This document shows, piece after piece, positions 22,624 through 36,600 of a DNA stretch of 44,977 nucleotides; position 1 is the stretch's first letter; each line of letters starts with the position of its first letter. The notes under the pieces are model-generated. The model worked only from the letters and a program-made list of their open reading frames with translations, was not told the DNA's origin and searched no databases. The DNA is from Catajapyx aquilonaris (Eukaryota): contig JYFJ02003214.1 in the NCBI GenBank assembly GCA_000934665.2, forward strand, positions 1 through 44,977, read 5' to 3'. A program made the translations under genes and the position numbers.

Positions 22624-25600
22624 AAGCATTCATTGCTTACTGCTTCCCCCCCCCCCCCGTTCAACAGGGCAGAATATAGTTTAAAATAATCAAATGAGAC
22701 ACATTTTTCAAGCAGAATTGGCGGATAGCCAAAATAAATTTCGGTTTCGTGTTTTCTGGTCGATGGATCTAGCCGGTGTTGTTCAATCAGTTTCCGTTGC
22801 AAGGGAAAGGAAGAAAGAAAAGAGGTTATGTTCAGGAGGGGGTGTCCGGCAAGAATCGTGCTGGGCATGGAATCTCTCGAGGGACACATTCGAGGAAGAT
22901 CAGGCTGCACATTCTTGTTTCTGAGCCGGACATTGCAGGCAAAAAGACCGGACAGAACCAATACGAAAGGGCTAAAATAATAAAAAGGGACTGGAGATTG
23001 CCGCTTTCAATTTTACACGAGCCATACGCAATATTGCACCAGTTCAAATCAATACCTGGGATGTTGTCTACATTATTAAATTTTGTGCGAATTTTTTGAA
23101 CAGAATATAGTCTAGCGCATTTCTGGAACCCAAAAGTTAAAAAATTAAAGTTTGCCCTCTCAAAAAAAATAGGACACTCTATTCAAGAGTGGAGTGAAGG
23201 AAGTGCAAGGTGCGATGTTTGCACCTCACTCTTCAGGCCCACCTCGCTGCCACTTCTTCCACCTTTTTTGTTCCATCACATTCAACAAAGTTAGTTCAAT
23301 TCCCGGAGAGAGAGAAAAGTGGTGGTGGTGGAGGGGGGGGGGAGGGGGAAAAAGTTTTGAGGCGAACAAAAGGCGAAAGGCAAATATGGAATTTGCCCAA
23401 TTCCGACCGTGTTCAAATATCTATTCACGTCATGTCGAATCTCATTCCTTACAGGGTGGCACAGCACAAAAAGGAACAATAATACCATTACAGAAATATT
23501 GGAATTATCCGGCCGAACTTCTTTTATTAATGCGATTTTTCTGGACTGCTGCTAAAAATGACAAAGTTGAACTATTTGCGTACATATACCCAGCGATCGA
23601 CATTAAATCCATTATTCATTGCTGGCAACAATATGCTAAGCAGTTAATAACAACAACTTGTTTTGGATTTTACATCGATCGTTCACCGCTTCACAATGAA
23701 ACTGAGTTGCATTACGGGTATGCGCGATCATTATTTACCGCATTACACATTTTCTTGGTTCGACTATATGGCGATCTTAATATATTTACGACGTATGGGT
23801 GGGAACTATAGTCGGGTGTGAAGAGAGTGGTTGTCCGGCGCAGAATCAGTCGGGGAAGGTGGGTGGTTCGGGCGTCGGAGGCGTCGCTGGATCAGTGGCG
23901 CCCCAGACGCCTCCCAGAGCACAAGCCTGCGTCGCACATCAACGCGCGCAGCCGTACGAAAACGCGCGTACTTAATTGCGTCATCACTTTGAGGGAAAAA
24001 AAGCTAGCAGGATTCGTAAAGAACTGAGTGCGAGCCAATCAGTGCAAGTGCGACATGATGGATTATACACTGAAGGACGCGGGTGGAAATCATGTGACGC
24101 TTGAATGACTCCACTGGTAAGTTCCTAACTTTTTATCAATCGCACACTTCCTATACATTCCGTTCAATTGAAGCCAGCTCTAGGTGTCGCAAGTGACAGG
24201 CATGAATCAGCGAGCCAAGTGAATTAGTTCCGCCCCAACAATGCAAAGGGTTAATTCGGCAGAGAAAAATGGACCGACTCCAGTGAGTGATGTTGATCTG
24301 TCACAAATTCTGGAGAGTAAAAAATTGCGGCTGAAGATTTATGGAGTGCGTTTGGGGCAGCTGCCCTTTGGTGAAAAGATAAGCTGGCCCCAGGAGATCG
24401 CCGTTCATTTTTATGCACAAAAAAGTGGCAATAATCCGGGTTAATTCCTGGCTTTATAAGTAGGAACAAAATAATGAGCGTTGCTCCAATAACAAGCAAA
24501 CTTTTTTATGTCCCTTATTTTTCACTCGTCTTTTGCTCGCTCTTTTTTTTTGCCGAGAATCCGAGTCTAACTTTCTGCATAACAACTAGATTGTGGCAGA
24601 GGGGGGAAAGGAATAAAGGCTGGGACGTTATGTAGAAAGGACTTTCGACATTTGTTTTCCTTTTTTTTAGGGAAGTAAAAAAAAGGATCACAATCCGAGT
24701 GCCCCGGAATGCAATATGGAGAGTGGAAACGTTTCTGGTGAAACTAAGAGCCCAATTCCAGACAGGAAAAAAAGACAAGCGCGATGTTGGAAAAACTAGA
24801 AAAAAAGTTGGTCTCGCAGCAATGCCTTAAGTTAGGCTACGTTAGGCTAGGTTAGTAGAAACCTGATATGCAAATGATATTTATTCGCAGGGCGGGGCCC
24901 AGCTAGAAAGAAACAATGTTGACAGAAGGATCACCTACAACATAAATTCTCGAATGGATCTTCCTGCTGGAACTTGATCGGAATACAATATTTCCACCGT
25001 GTGCAGATCTAGGAGAGGCTTTTGGCCACAGTGAGATCTGACGTCAAAGTGTGTGTGTGCCTGGTATGGTCTCTTTCGGATCGATCCATCTCACTGTTGA
25101 AAGTCGAAACCCGTCAACATAAGAGCCTTGAAAAGCCCTCCTGCTTACTGACATTTCATTTCTTGTTTATTTTTCTATTTCCTCCTCCTCCTCCTCCTAT
25201 CTTCCCATCGAAAGTCCACATTTATCACCGCAACTGCTTTTGTACGGTTTGCGAGTAGTGAGAAAAGCGATCCGTGCGAGGAAATATCGTGCGCGGCTGA
25301 TATTCTCGGCAGGGAGAGAGGATAATGATACTGCAATGAGAAAGAAGTTAATGGTGCAAGAACTTTCCGCCGAGACTCCTCCGTCATACTAATTAATGGA
25401 AAAAGCTTACGGCTTAATTTGCTTTTAAGGTGACGATGTCTAATGCGCAGGGGTGTTCGCAGAGAGTTCATATTTCATGCGATTAAAAAGTACAATCAAC
25501 TCGTGCTCTTATTTTCGTCGGATAAATGTCGGACCGAGATATTTTAATCGTGATTTTCAAACGCTCGAAGGCGCAACTGTAAAATTACTGTAATTATTAC

Positions 25601-28600
25601 ATGGAACACTAATTTAAGTCGGGATAACAAGGCCGACTCCAGCACATTTTCAGACTATTCAGCCGTAGGCTCTTTTTTATAACAAAAATAAAAATTTAAA
25701 TATCCGACAGACCTTTTCTGCAGCCTGACACGGAGACAAAGGCTGAATACAAAATTCAATGGTGCGTAACAAAACGTTTCTATTCCGTTCTTGCCTGCCT
25801 TTCACTCTGGGACTACAGTTGTCACATTCCGTTTTTTGCACAAGTCAGTTTCGCATAAAATTACAGCTTTTGCTTCGGAGGTGTGTCCAACGTTTTAGAC
25901 CGGAGTTGGACACTTTGCGGTTTTAACTACTGAAATTTTATAGGTTGACTCGAGCCCTATTCAACATTCAGCCCAGGAATAAATTGATATGTGGAAAGTA
26001 GCGAGGAATATCTCGTAGCATATTTGCGACGGATATGCGAATAATGCTGCTGGCGCATTTCAGCACTTTTCATAGTGTTCCCCGAGGCTCGATCCGGATG
26101 TTGTTCCGGAGAAAATGGCTCGACCCGGAAGGATCGCTGTATCAGTAGGGGGGCTAATTATAAGGGGTCAAAAATATATATCGTCGTCCCCTCCCCGTGT
26201 AATCCGATTATTGGTTTGGCAATTAAATGGAAATCCTATCGTCGCCGATGGTGATTGGTGGGAATAAGGGAGCACTCGCCATACAAGGATGGTTATTATC
26301 TATGGTATCTGGGACATTGATCGGCGGTTATTTGAACCCGGGCCAGGGATAAGCCGGATCGGAAAAGGTGGGAAAGGGCGGATGCCATTGCTCCATTAAA
26401 CCTACAGGGTGTTTCACAAAATGGCCTCGAAATATTCTTGTAAATTCAGCCAGCAAAGTGTCGTCGACCCGTTTCTACCGCAATTGCCCCCCTTTTAATC
26501 CGACCATTTGAATTCACTGCCTCAGCCCCCTCCGCAAAAGGCTTCTACTCCAAAGTGATTTTCCGATGAAGCGTGTTAAATACCCCGTGTACAAGAAGCG
26601 AGAGGAGGTTAGGAAGGAGGATTACCAGACTCGCAACCCTTTTCATGTACTCAATGTCGCTCTTAAGCCACGAGCACCTCTTGCAACTTTTCATAGATAA
26701 TGCGCCATATCCTGACTCTTCAGAGCTACCCTCGTGCCTCTTCTGCATGACGGGGAATCAAACTTGCAGGATGAAATACCAGAAGGCGAATTAGGAAATG
26801 TCCGCTTTATCGCATAAAAAGTACATAATATTGTCCCGCAGTCGCTGTCTCGGAGAATTGAATTAATCTTAATAAGGACACAGGAATTGCGACAATTATG
26901 TTTGCTCGAGGATAATGGTGTTCGTGGCTTATCTGCATGTTCCCGCATGTCATCACCCGCGAGTGCACATTACCCTCGCTGCCAAAATTTGTGCACCGCA
27001 ATGACACTTTCGGATCAGGGACGCGGCCATGAAAATTCACTCCGGGCAATAAACGAGGCGCAAGTTTAATCCGGGAGGGGGTTTTCTAGATCCGGATCCA
27101 GTTATGTCCTCTGCTCCCCGTTCCAAATGCAGCTTGCAATTATCCCCCGGTGCCCACGGGACCCAATATGGCGCCACTTGATTTAGAGCAGTCCGTGAAA
27201 TGAGTTTCGCTCTAGGGATGCTGCCACACAGAAAAGCACGATTGCTTCAATTGCAACTTGGACCATTTTGCAAGAGTCCAAACATTACCACAAAAATATT
27301 AGGCTCCCAAATTTTTGACCCAAGTACGACATTACGATGCCAATATAACATTGGGCATTTCTCGACCTTCCCACATCGGCACAACATTTTCCAATTTTCC
27401 TGGCCAATATTCTCCTGATCTGATCTGATATTGGCCGTGCCTTGGAGCAGAGTCCGTTGCTCCCTCACCATCATAACCGGTATGCAGTAATCGCTCCCGA
27501 GGGATTATTCCCAAATATTCTGCCGCCCCCCTTCCCCCTTGAGCCAACCGTAATAAAGTGGGGAAGGGCAGGAATTAATTCCGGAGCTTTTGGCCAGACC
27601 ACGGATTATTTCCAGTCCTCCGGGCCTAATGCCTCTCTACCCCTCCACTACCGCCAACCTGGCCCCAAATTCCACTTGCTTTTTGGTCACATTTTTTTTC
27701 TTTCTTCGAAAACACAACGTTGCAACATGTCGCCTGGAAATAAACTTCGCCAGCAGGTGCAACGAGCTCTACAATTCAAAAGGAATTTCGATGCATTCCC
27801 AACTACAAAAATAATTGCTCGGAAGAAATCGGTATGCCCCTCCCCATGTACGTAACAACCTCCGATGGAGAGATGGTCCGTTACTGCCCGTTTTTACTGT
27901 CGCCAACGGTGCATTCCTCGGCATGACCGATCTTTAAAACATTATACGACCATCTTTATGGCCGACATGTAATCACTGGCTGGGAAGAGGCCATTACAAC
28001 AAACCGGGCAGCAATATTTAGGAGGCCAAAAAAATGCAGGGAGATTGTCTGCGAATTCATGCAGTTAACCCGTAAAAATTTGCTGCCTCTTATCCAGTAA
28101 GCTGCAGCAGGACAGATACATGTATGTGCACACGGCGATTATAAAAATGCAGAAATTGCCGATATTACGGGCGAAACATAATTTTGCAAAAAAATTTAAA
28201 GAAGAATATATGCTTCCCTGGTCTCGTGGAAGTGATAATAACGTTTTACGATTTTCACCCGACATGCCGGGGCAGAATTGCACTCCCTACTCTGCCCAGG
28301 GCCAGGAGAAAAGGTCTGGTGCGTTTCAGAAAGTCAGAAATGACTATAATTACAGCGCCCTCCCCCTTTAAAATAAATATAAATAAAATAAAATAAAATC
28401 GAGCGATAATAGCGTGCATCGTTTAAATATTAATCGTGCCGTTGGGGGTACGCCACGGGCTGATTTCCATCGACATTACTAGCATGACCTCGCTGTACAG
28501 TAAAGTGCACTCTAGACATGCCAATTCAGGGGTCCCTTCTTTTGTTAGGTAGAAATCGATAGGATGTCGCGGCCCCTATTCTTTTTCTATCCCCAGGGGT

Positions 28601-31600
28601 TCGCTTTGTCGCCAGAAATGTATAGGATAATGACATAATAGAATGAGACAGCCCCGAGGCGACGAGATTCACAATCGATGGTTGGAATGATAAAAAAAAT
28701 CGACGCTTATGGAAAAAAAAGTATGTATTGTCGAAGCACTCGATTTTTTTTCTGATCGTGGTCTAGCTTACTTGGCAATTTAATTACGGTATAATAACAC
28801 CGTGCTAAAGCCGGTGTCCAAATTGGGTCGTCTCCAAGCAGGATTAAACGGACCCCCTCTTGTCCCGCTTCAATTACCAAGCGCAATAACAGCCACTTGT
28901 GCATTACCATCAGGCGGAGAAGAGTGCTTCTCAAACTAAGCGCGTCCTTCAACAAAACGATCATAAGCTCCACTTCCTACCGTGATTTTGGAGTGTCCCG
29001 GATAGCTAATCTAAAATAGTTGTTCGGAGGCAGGCTTTACAAACTCGAGTACGGTAAATATCGTCGTGCTTAAAAATACTGGAGGACTGCATGAAGCTTG
29101 CGAGTAATTACGCTGCTTGAGCCGGGAACTACTGTAGCCAGCCTTATAGTGATGAAAGCGAACTATATAAGTACCTTGCCTCGCAGTCAGGGTAAAATGG
29201 AAGTCTTCCAACTTAGCTTTATGACTTATGTTTATGATCTACCGGCAGGGATGCTTACTGGGGAGTCTATCGGTTGGTTATGAACCTCCCTCTGAGAGGG
29301 GATGAGTGCAGAAGTTTGGCAATTCATTTTGCCGGCAGTGCAGACTCCCGAAGAGTCAATATGTGCTGGCACACTTTCCGGATCATCGCTTCCGGATTAA
29401 GCCAGCAAGAGAGGCGGCTTGTGCTCAGCAACTGAGACTATAAAGGCAACTCCAGCAATGTATATTACGCACATACTGAAAAATATGTAGGTTCAATATT
29501 ATTTGGTTTTAGAAGGCTTTTTTTTGTCAGGACGAGCGAGATGTCATCCCCTGAAGCCTTTGGTCCAGCCAAATGGGGAAATGGCCCGGAGAGATAAATT
29601 CGTGGAAAAGAGAGCACCGGACCAACTGTGGTGAATCCCCCTCCCATCCTCTGGATGACCACCTTCCCCAACCCTCAGTGCGCACTTAATGGAAGCAATT
29701 AACACCCTATGTTGGAAGGAAGCCGCTTCATCAGTTACTCCAGCTGCACTATTCCGAATAAATAAAAAATTAGCTAAACATTCGTTTCAATCTTCATTAA
29801 TAATGAGAGCAACAGAAAATATAGCTCACGTATATATGTTCATTAGTACGACCTTGCGGCCTCGTGACTTTCCTGTTTAGAATTCATGCTGCTTCTATTA
29901 GTAAAGTGGACTTGCAGAATGGTTTGCGAAATTGCCCCCGGGGCGACAAGTACTTTTCACGCATTTTATCACCCGGGTTGCCATATTTGAGCTTACATTG
30001 CGACTCGCACAATGAGGCTTAATTAATCGTTTATTATTCATACGCGAGGCTGTTATTATTTGAGCAGCTGCAGAGAGGAACACGGGGAAATTACAAAACC
30101 TTATTGTAGATGTGCCATATATTCAAAATGAGGTGAAAAATTCAGTCTCCAGTGCTAATAAAGAATGTTTAAAAAATTAGCACACTGTAGAAGTAACGTA
30201 AAATGCTCTAGAAATTTCGAGAGAATCTTTAACGTCCTTGAATGCAATTGACGGGTCAGCAGGATCCAAGTGCTTTTTGCAGGAGAATAAGAAGTAGAGT
30301 CATTCTAATCTGCGAATTGACGGAGCGCGAATCGCGTCCATAAATTTTGCAAACTTATGGACGGGCTTGGGGAAAGACCGTAAAAAAGAGAGAGGTCCAT
30401 ACATCACCGGGAAGTGGCTGCCATTCTGTGTAGAAACCTGATAGAAAAGTTGCAAAAAAAAGAGAGCGGCCATTGTAGTGTACAAATGCAGTTTGCAAAA
30501 AAAAAAGTGACAACATTCTCGACAAAAAAGGTACATTTTGGAATTAATGTCCTCGCAAATGTGCCGACATGTCTCGTTACAAAAGTGATGTTTCTGTCGA
30601 ATTTTGCAATTAAATTTATGAACGTATGAGTTAGCCACAAGAGGTAGAAAATGCGGCCAATATAAATGTTTGCATTTCGCGCAGTCCCAGAAAATGCGGA
30701 TAACTTGGTTGCAGTTTCCACTTGAAAACTGTAATTTCGCTCGCAAATATTTTGCAAATTTACAATTATTCCTCCCTCACTTTTCTGACTGCGTGCTGCA
30801 CAGAAGAATCAGCTTCCAATCTGCTTCATGAATAAGAATGGGGGGAAAGAAAAGGGTGTGAGGAGGAGAAGGAAGGAAAAGTTTTTGCCACCCCCCCTCT
30901 CTACCAAACCCAAATTCATTCCAAAAATCTTTTAAATCTCGAGGCAAAAGTTTCCAACCTGTTCTTAATGAGGTGATAAGGAAGGAGAGGAAAAGATGGG
31001 AGAAGAAAAGGGAGAGAGAAGTGAGGAAGCGAGAGAACAATGCTGTCAGAAATGAACGGGCAGCGAGTACAGGGTATGCCATAATGATTCAAGAATTCGG
31101 CACGGAATTCTAGGGTAAACTGATGGGAAATGATTCGTTATTACACAACCTGTACAGTACCAATTAGATAAGTCTCGAAGGTGTGTCATGTATGTTTACA
31201 TATAAAAAGTGACAGGAGGTACTGTACGTAATCCGTAAGTGCAGGTTCCATTTGCAAAAAAATCTAATAACGTATCCTGTAATACCATTTGTTCTTATTG
31301 GCTCCCTCTTTCCATAATACATCCCACTACAGTATATTCCTCTTCTGCTTTGCTTCGTAATTGAAAATATTTTCCAGAGAGACTATTTTTCCCTGCAGGC
31401 ATGGAATGTAGACATTTCCTGCACCGAGTCTCATTACAAATCAGCAAGGATGTATACTCAATTCATGTGGACTTCATAATTACAGTATATGCACAATGCG
31501 ACCCCATTTTTAAAAATGTGATAAGAACAACAATCATGCTTCTGCTCTGCTTGGAAGAGAGGCAAGGTGGGTTGAGATTAATCGAGACAAAGAGGATTCT

Positions 31601-32567
31601 TCATAAGAGGAGTAGGCTCCAGGCGGAAGATTCACAGCCCTTTGCTGTACATGCATTAATTTTGTCTCCTTGGCCCCTCCACCCAGACCTCCATACATTA
31701 TTTCCCCCCCTTGTACAGTCCCCCCAGTAAGGAAGAATTAATGCCAGGAGCAAAGGCATGCTTCATTTCCGGCGGGGAATAAATGGGATCGAGTCAGCCG
31801 GATTAAATAACGGCCTTCAGGCTGCCTCGTGTTCACGCAAAAGGCACAGATTAACTCGGATCTTTGAAACCCAGAGAAAGCAAACTACAAGTACACCCAA
31901 TTGACAATTATTTTGTACGTATTCTTCGGATCTTGAATTACTGGCTTCCTCGAGTCCAACAACCGCTGTTCTGGTTTTCCCAGGAGAATCGACTAATGAA
32001 TCCTTCGCCTCCGGAGTCGCTTTCCATTGCCGTCAGGGGAACACTTTCCGGGAAGTTGGAAAGAGGAGGAAGGACCTCCTCCTCCTCCTCTCCCCAGTAT
32101 ATAATACGCCCCGGAAATTCTTCCAACAATTTTACGAGGTCGTTACGGGATAGTTAATGCGCCGGTTCAGGGCAAGGTCTGGAAGCCATCATGCAGATAT
32201 GGGCAGGCAGCATACCCTTCGAGGGTCGATATTAACCGGGGCCAAATCCGGGGCCAAATATTTGTCACTAAAGGCTGCTCACTCTCTCAGAACACACGAT
32301 CTTTTCCATTTGGCAAATTCGATTGGATCCATCGCATTCAAGAGCGAACAAATAAAACTGGCCCGAAAGCGAGTCTGTTCATAAACCCCTGGGTAATTCA
32401 ACATGCTGCTCATTGTTGTCCGACGCCAATCACAACAACCGTTTGTGTGTGCAGAGCGAGGGAGGGCAATCAGAGAACAGTTGTCCCGCTTGCTTCGATA
32501 ATATTAATTAATTAAAATGAGAGGGACAAAGCTTTGATTACCCTTTTTTCTATTGTCAGGTGTCCCC

Positions 32568-32651
32568 ATGGACGACCTCACCGGTGATGGAGCCTTGATG
32601 TCGCCCCATTATTCCGCCCCAGGTGCGGCCCCCGGGCGCGGCAGCCCCTAG
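32568..32651 (+). promoter_or_regulatory. Upstream ORF (27 codons, MDDLTGDGALMSPHYSAPGAAPGRGSP*) in the dpr 5' leader, in frame with the main ATG
   Basis: ATG at 32568 in context cccATGG. TAG at 32649-32651, then gtc, then the main ATG at 32655. Confidence 0.6.
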
Positions 32652-32654
32652 GTC

Positions 32655-32769
32655 ATGCTGACCTCTGACCTCCCATCCCTCCTCCTCCTTTCCCTTCTTT
32701 TCCTCGCCACCCACCGTCAAGCAGCAGGAACTACAACCGCCACAGAAGCAGCAACAACAACAGAAGCCG
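32655..32769 (+). CDS. dpr: dpr coding exon 1 (signal peptide); exon probably starts at acceptor 32560, implying an upstream non-coding exon not located
   Basis: Acceptor cttttttctattgtcag ends at 32559. ATG at 32655 is followed by hydrophobic [10 protein letters not shown]. Phase-1 donor g|gttagt at 32769/32770 joins in frame to exon 2. Confidence 0.8.
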
Positions 32770-33543
32770 GTTAGTATTACATAATATTTTGTAATCAGCG
32801 GATCTACCTCTTAATGACCACTTCATGGCCCTAGTTGCCTGGGCTTCCCCAACAAAGCAGCACCTTTTCATCCGCTGAGCCGATAGAGTAACAAAGCGAC
32901 GAGCGAGGTTGGAAATGACGGAATATTCATGGGGGCGGGAGGGGTAGTAGTAATATAAATTTCCAAAGTGTAATGCGCATAAACGGAGACTAACATGAGC
33001 ATAATCCGTAGGGAGCGAGGCCTCCAATTGGCCCGCATTTAACCAGATAAAAATGCGCCAGCCTCGCAATCAAAAAGGGTAATCAGCAATTTCAAGCACG
33101 CAATAAGCCAGCTTTTTTTTCCAGGGAGGGAAGCAGGCAACATCAACGTGCATCCTTTTCATGTCTCAACTCTCTTTTTGCCACGCGACATTATGTGAAC
33201 TCCGATTAAAAAGGCGGAGCTATAAAAAGGGGCCTATCGCGGACCAATAGACACGAATAACGACTGTAAAAGAACTTTTTGATAAGAAATGGAGTCAGTC
33301 TTTGACTCCTTAACCTTTGCTTCGATTCATATGAAATCAGTCGCTATTTCAATGGACTGTTGCTATAATATTACCGAGTGCGCACCCACCCTCGCGCAGC
33401 TCCATCGCAATGTCAGAACTGTCGGCCATTTTGTCACCCCCTCCTCCTTATGCGTAGCGTTGGAAACGGTTGGAAATAAGTGCTATCATTATTAGAATTA
33501 TTATTAGAATTATTATTAGAATTATTATTAGAATGCTTAACTA

Positions 33544-33603
<60 letters not shown>

Positions 33604-36600
33604 GAATTATTATTAGAATTATTATTAGAATGCTTAACTATAACCGAGTACGTATAGCCACACACGAGCAATGTTGCCAGAGTTACTCACGAGCCAAAAT
33701 ATTCGCACCAGTAGCATCTAAGGTTAGTCTTGGCAACGTCGGTCCTTTTCCAAGCGTGTAGCGTTGGAAATAAGTGCAGTGCAGTACACCTACTATACAA
33801 AGAGCTTACCAACTGTCATTGATAATGACAGTCGTGCAAGCTGCGCAAACTGTGGTGCGCACTCGGTCTCGCTATAGTTTTTTTTTAAAAATCAAGTACA
33901 GAGTAGTTCTACAACATGTGTCGTGCATGAGGGATTTGATCAACATGCGAGCAGGGCTTTTCCTCTTCCATGTCCCTTGCTCGGGTTACTCGGGTTGCTG
34001 GGCACACACAGCTAGAGCAAAGCCAGGGGATTCTTCGCCCGACTTGCTGCCGACGGTTTCCTCCAATTAGGGTTAAGCCGTTAAGGCCCCCCCCCAAACC
34101 TTCCTCATTTGTGCAAGGGACTTGCTCTTGACCTGGCCTACAGATACATCCATCCATCCGTCCAAAGTTTTACTCCAGCTCCCTAATCTAGTCCCGGCAT
34201 CATTTAGCAAATTGATATCAAGGACTGCTCCAATCACACGCATGCAAACACCACTGGAGAAACTCATTCTAAGCCAGTGGAAATATAATTACGGGCGACT
34301 TACGGATTTCATACGAGTCAGGATGGAGCTTGAATTGAATGGTTGCAGGAAAGAATCTGGGTCCCGCCATTGTCTCTTTTTTCGGGGGGACAGACTGGAA
34401 AATTGCCCCTTTTTTTCATCCCGGACTGGAATCTGACCTGGAGTCCGGTCCATTGTTCCTCCTTCCCCATTGCACAGGGGCTTCATTTTTCATCGGGGTT
34501 GAAAGGTGCACTTTTAGCTAGCATACCTCCAATGCAGGTCCAGCAGAGATGACTGCCGCGTATGGAGCGCAAGGGGACTGAAGGAGATTAAAACTTTTAA
34601 AGCCCTGCTTTCCAAAAAAAAAAGGGGGGGGGGGGCAATCTGTCTAAAAGTTTGCTCTACTCCCGTGATTAGGAGACTGAATGAGAGAGGGCCTTTCCTC
34701 AAATTACTTGCTTCAAAATTGCTGCTTTGCTTCGTGTAATGATGACACAACCCATTTTGGTCACGTAGGGTGTCATTACAGCTCCATTAATTGTCATTGA
34801 GGAACAACATGCATTTCGTTTGCATGCGATGAGCTTGTCACAAAATAGGAAATAAAACGACCCTATCGTCAATTGTTAACGTTTTTTTCCCCTCCACTTC
34901 CCCTCCCTGGTTTGTTGTCCCCACTTCCATTTGTTTCCTGTCCAGCTAAAGTCACTCGACCCATTTGTCTTCCTGAAGCTAGACACTTATAAAAAAGAGA
35001 TCCGGACTACCCCTTAGCTCCTCCCCTCCTTAATCCCTTTTCCAAGCGGATTCGTGGCCATTTTAATTTTTTATCGCTGTCTGTGCCAGGCTAAAAAAAA
35101 AACTCGTTCCGACATCCACTGCATTTATGCTTTCATTCATACTTCGTCAATCCTCCTAATCTCTCTTCCAGACTTTTATATATATAAAAAGCTGGAGGGG
35201 TTTAGTGCAGGAAGAGGACTTTCTGCCGTCTCTAATATGGATTTACTTCCCCGCACATGTCCATTTTAATATTTTATGCCTGGCCAGAAAAGGTTCGCGA
35301 ACGAGGATTGGGACCGTAAAAAAGCAGTCTTAAATTGCGTGGATTCCTATTTTGGTCAGAACCTGTCTGAATATAACTCACCCTGCAGGTGAGGTCGGGC
35401 AAGAAGCCTCGGATCAATGCAGCGGACAGAAGAAAAGAGTCGTTCGAATATTTATTGTTAAACTGTGTACTGTAATTGCAATAATTTCAGAGAGTACGAC
35501 GCATGGGCAGCTGATGATCACTCGGGAATTGGGCACGACAAGCAGCGATGTATCAACCCTGCCAACAACGTCGAGGCCAAGTGGTGTGGAAGAGAAGGAG
35601 AAGGAAAAGGAGGCCGCCCCGGGGCCGCCCCTGCACCATTATCACCAAGGCCCTCGCTACGGACCGTACTTCGAGGACGGCTCATCCTCTTCCAACGTCA
35701 CAGTTCGAGTCGGTGCCACGGTCCTCTTGGACTGTCGAATCGGGATGCTGCACGACAAAACAGTACGCAGTATTTTTCTTCTTAATTGGTATAAAAGGTT
35801 ATTTGAATCGTTACGAAACCTTACCTATCCTGACAGGGTCTCGGACTTTTCGCCCCCGCCGTTTCGCCCCCGTGACATATTCGTCGTGGTGGGCAAAGCC
35901 ACAATAACGTTAGTTGGCCTGCGGCGCCACAAGACGGACAGTAAATGTTGCGGATACAGAAACCCACAATAAGCGCCCAGCTCCGCTTCCGCTCCGTAAA
36001 AACTTAAAATATCACGCACGGGCGACGTACCGTGCCTGGCAGGGCCACAGGAATGGACAGTACTGTTGCGGTAACCAAAAAAAAAAACATAGAGCATCAC
36101 CAACACAAAGCGCACCTCCATCCCTGTGACCCAAGCAGAAGACCGCAAAATATTTTATAAATCAGGCATATTCATGGCTCGAGAAATGCCCAGTCGAATG
36201 CTTCAAAGTGGAATATGTCACGGGGGCGAAATTGTCACGAGGGCCAATATGCCGGGGGCTAAAAGACCGGGGATGAAACGGCGGGGGCGAAAGGTCCGAG
36301 ACCCTGTCAGGATAGGTTATGCGGTTTCGTAACGGCGGGGCGAAAAGTCCGGATCCCATTCCAACATAATATGTTGGAATGGGATCCGGACTTTTCGCCC
36401 CGCCGCGCCGTTTCATCCCCGGTCTTTTAGCCCCCGGCATATTGGCCCCCGTGACATATTCCACTTTGAAGCATATACATATACGAATTTGCTCTGAATG
36501 TGATCAGTACAGCGTGAAAGCTGCTTTTTAAAAGGGGGGGCAGAGAGAGATGTTCCTGGTGTCGTTGGGCTCACCCCATTCCGGGCCAGTTCCCCCATTA

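Noticed and set aside
23194..23811. 205-aa + ORF
   Set aside because: Non-ATG start, includes a poly-G run and a Tc1-like end (tacagggtg at ~23450), and has no domain motif.
35763..35972. ORF-track extensions of the dpr exons (to 35972 and 38445) and ORF 39183-39695
   Set aside because: These are intron read-through into MITE or non-coding sequence, or mostly the wrong frame; the spliced model gives complete Ig domains.
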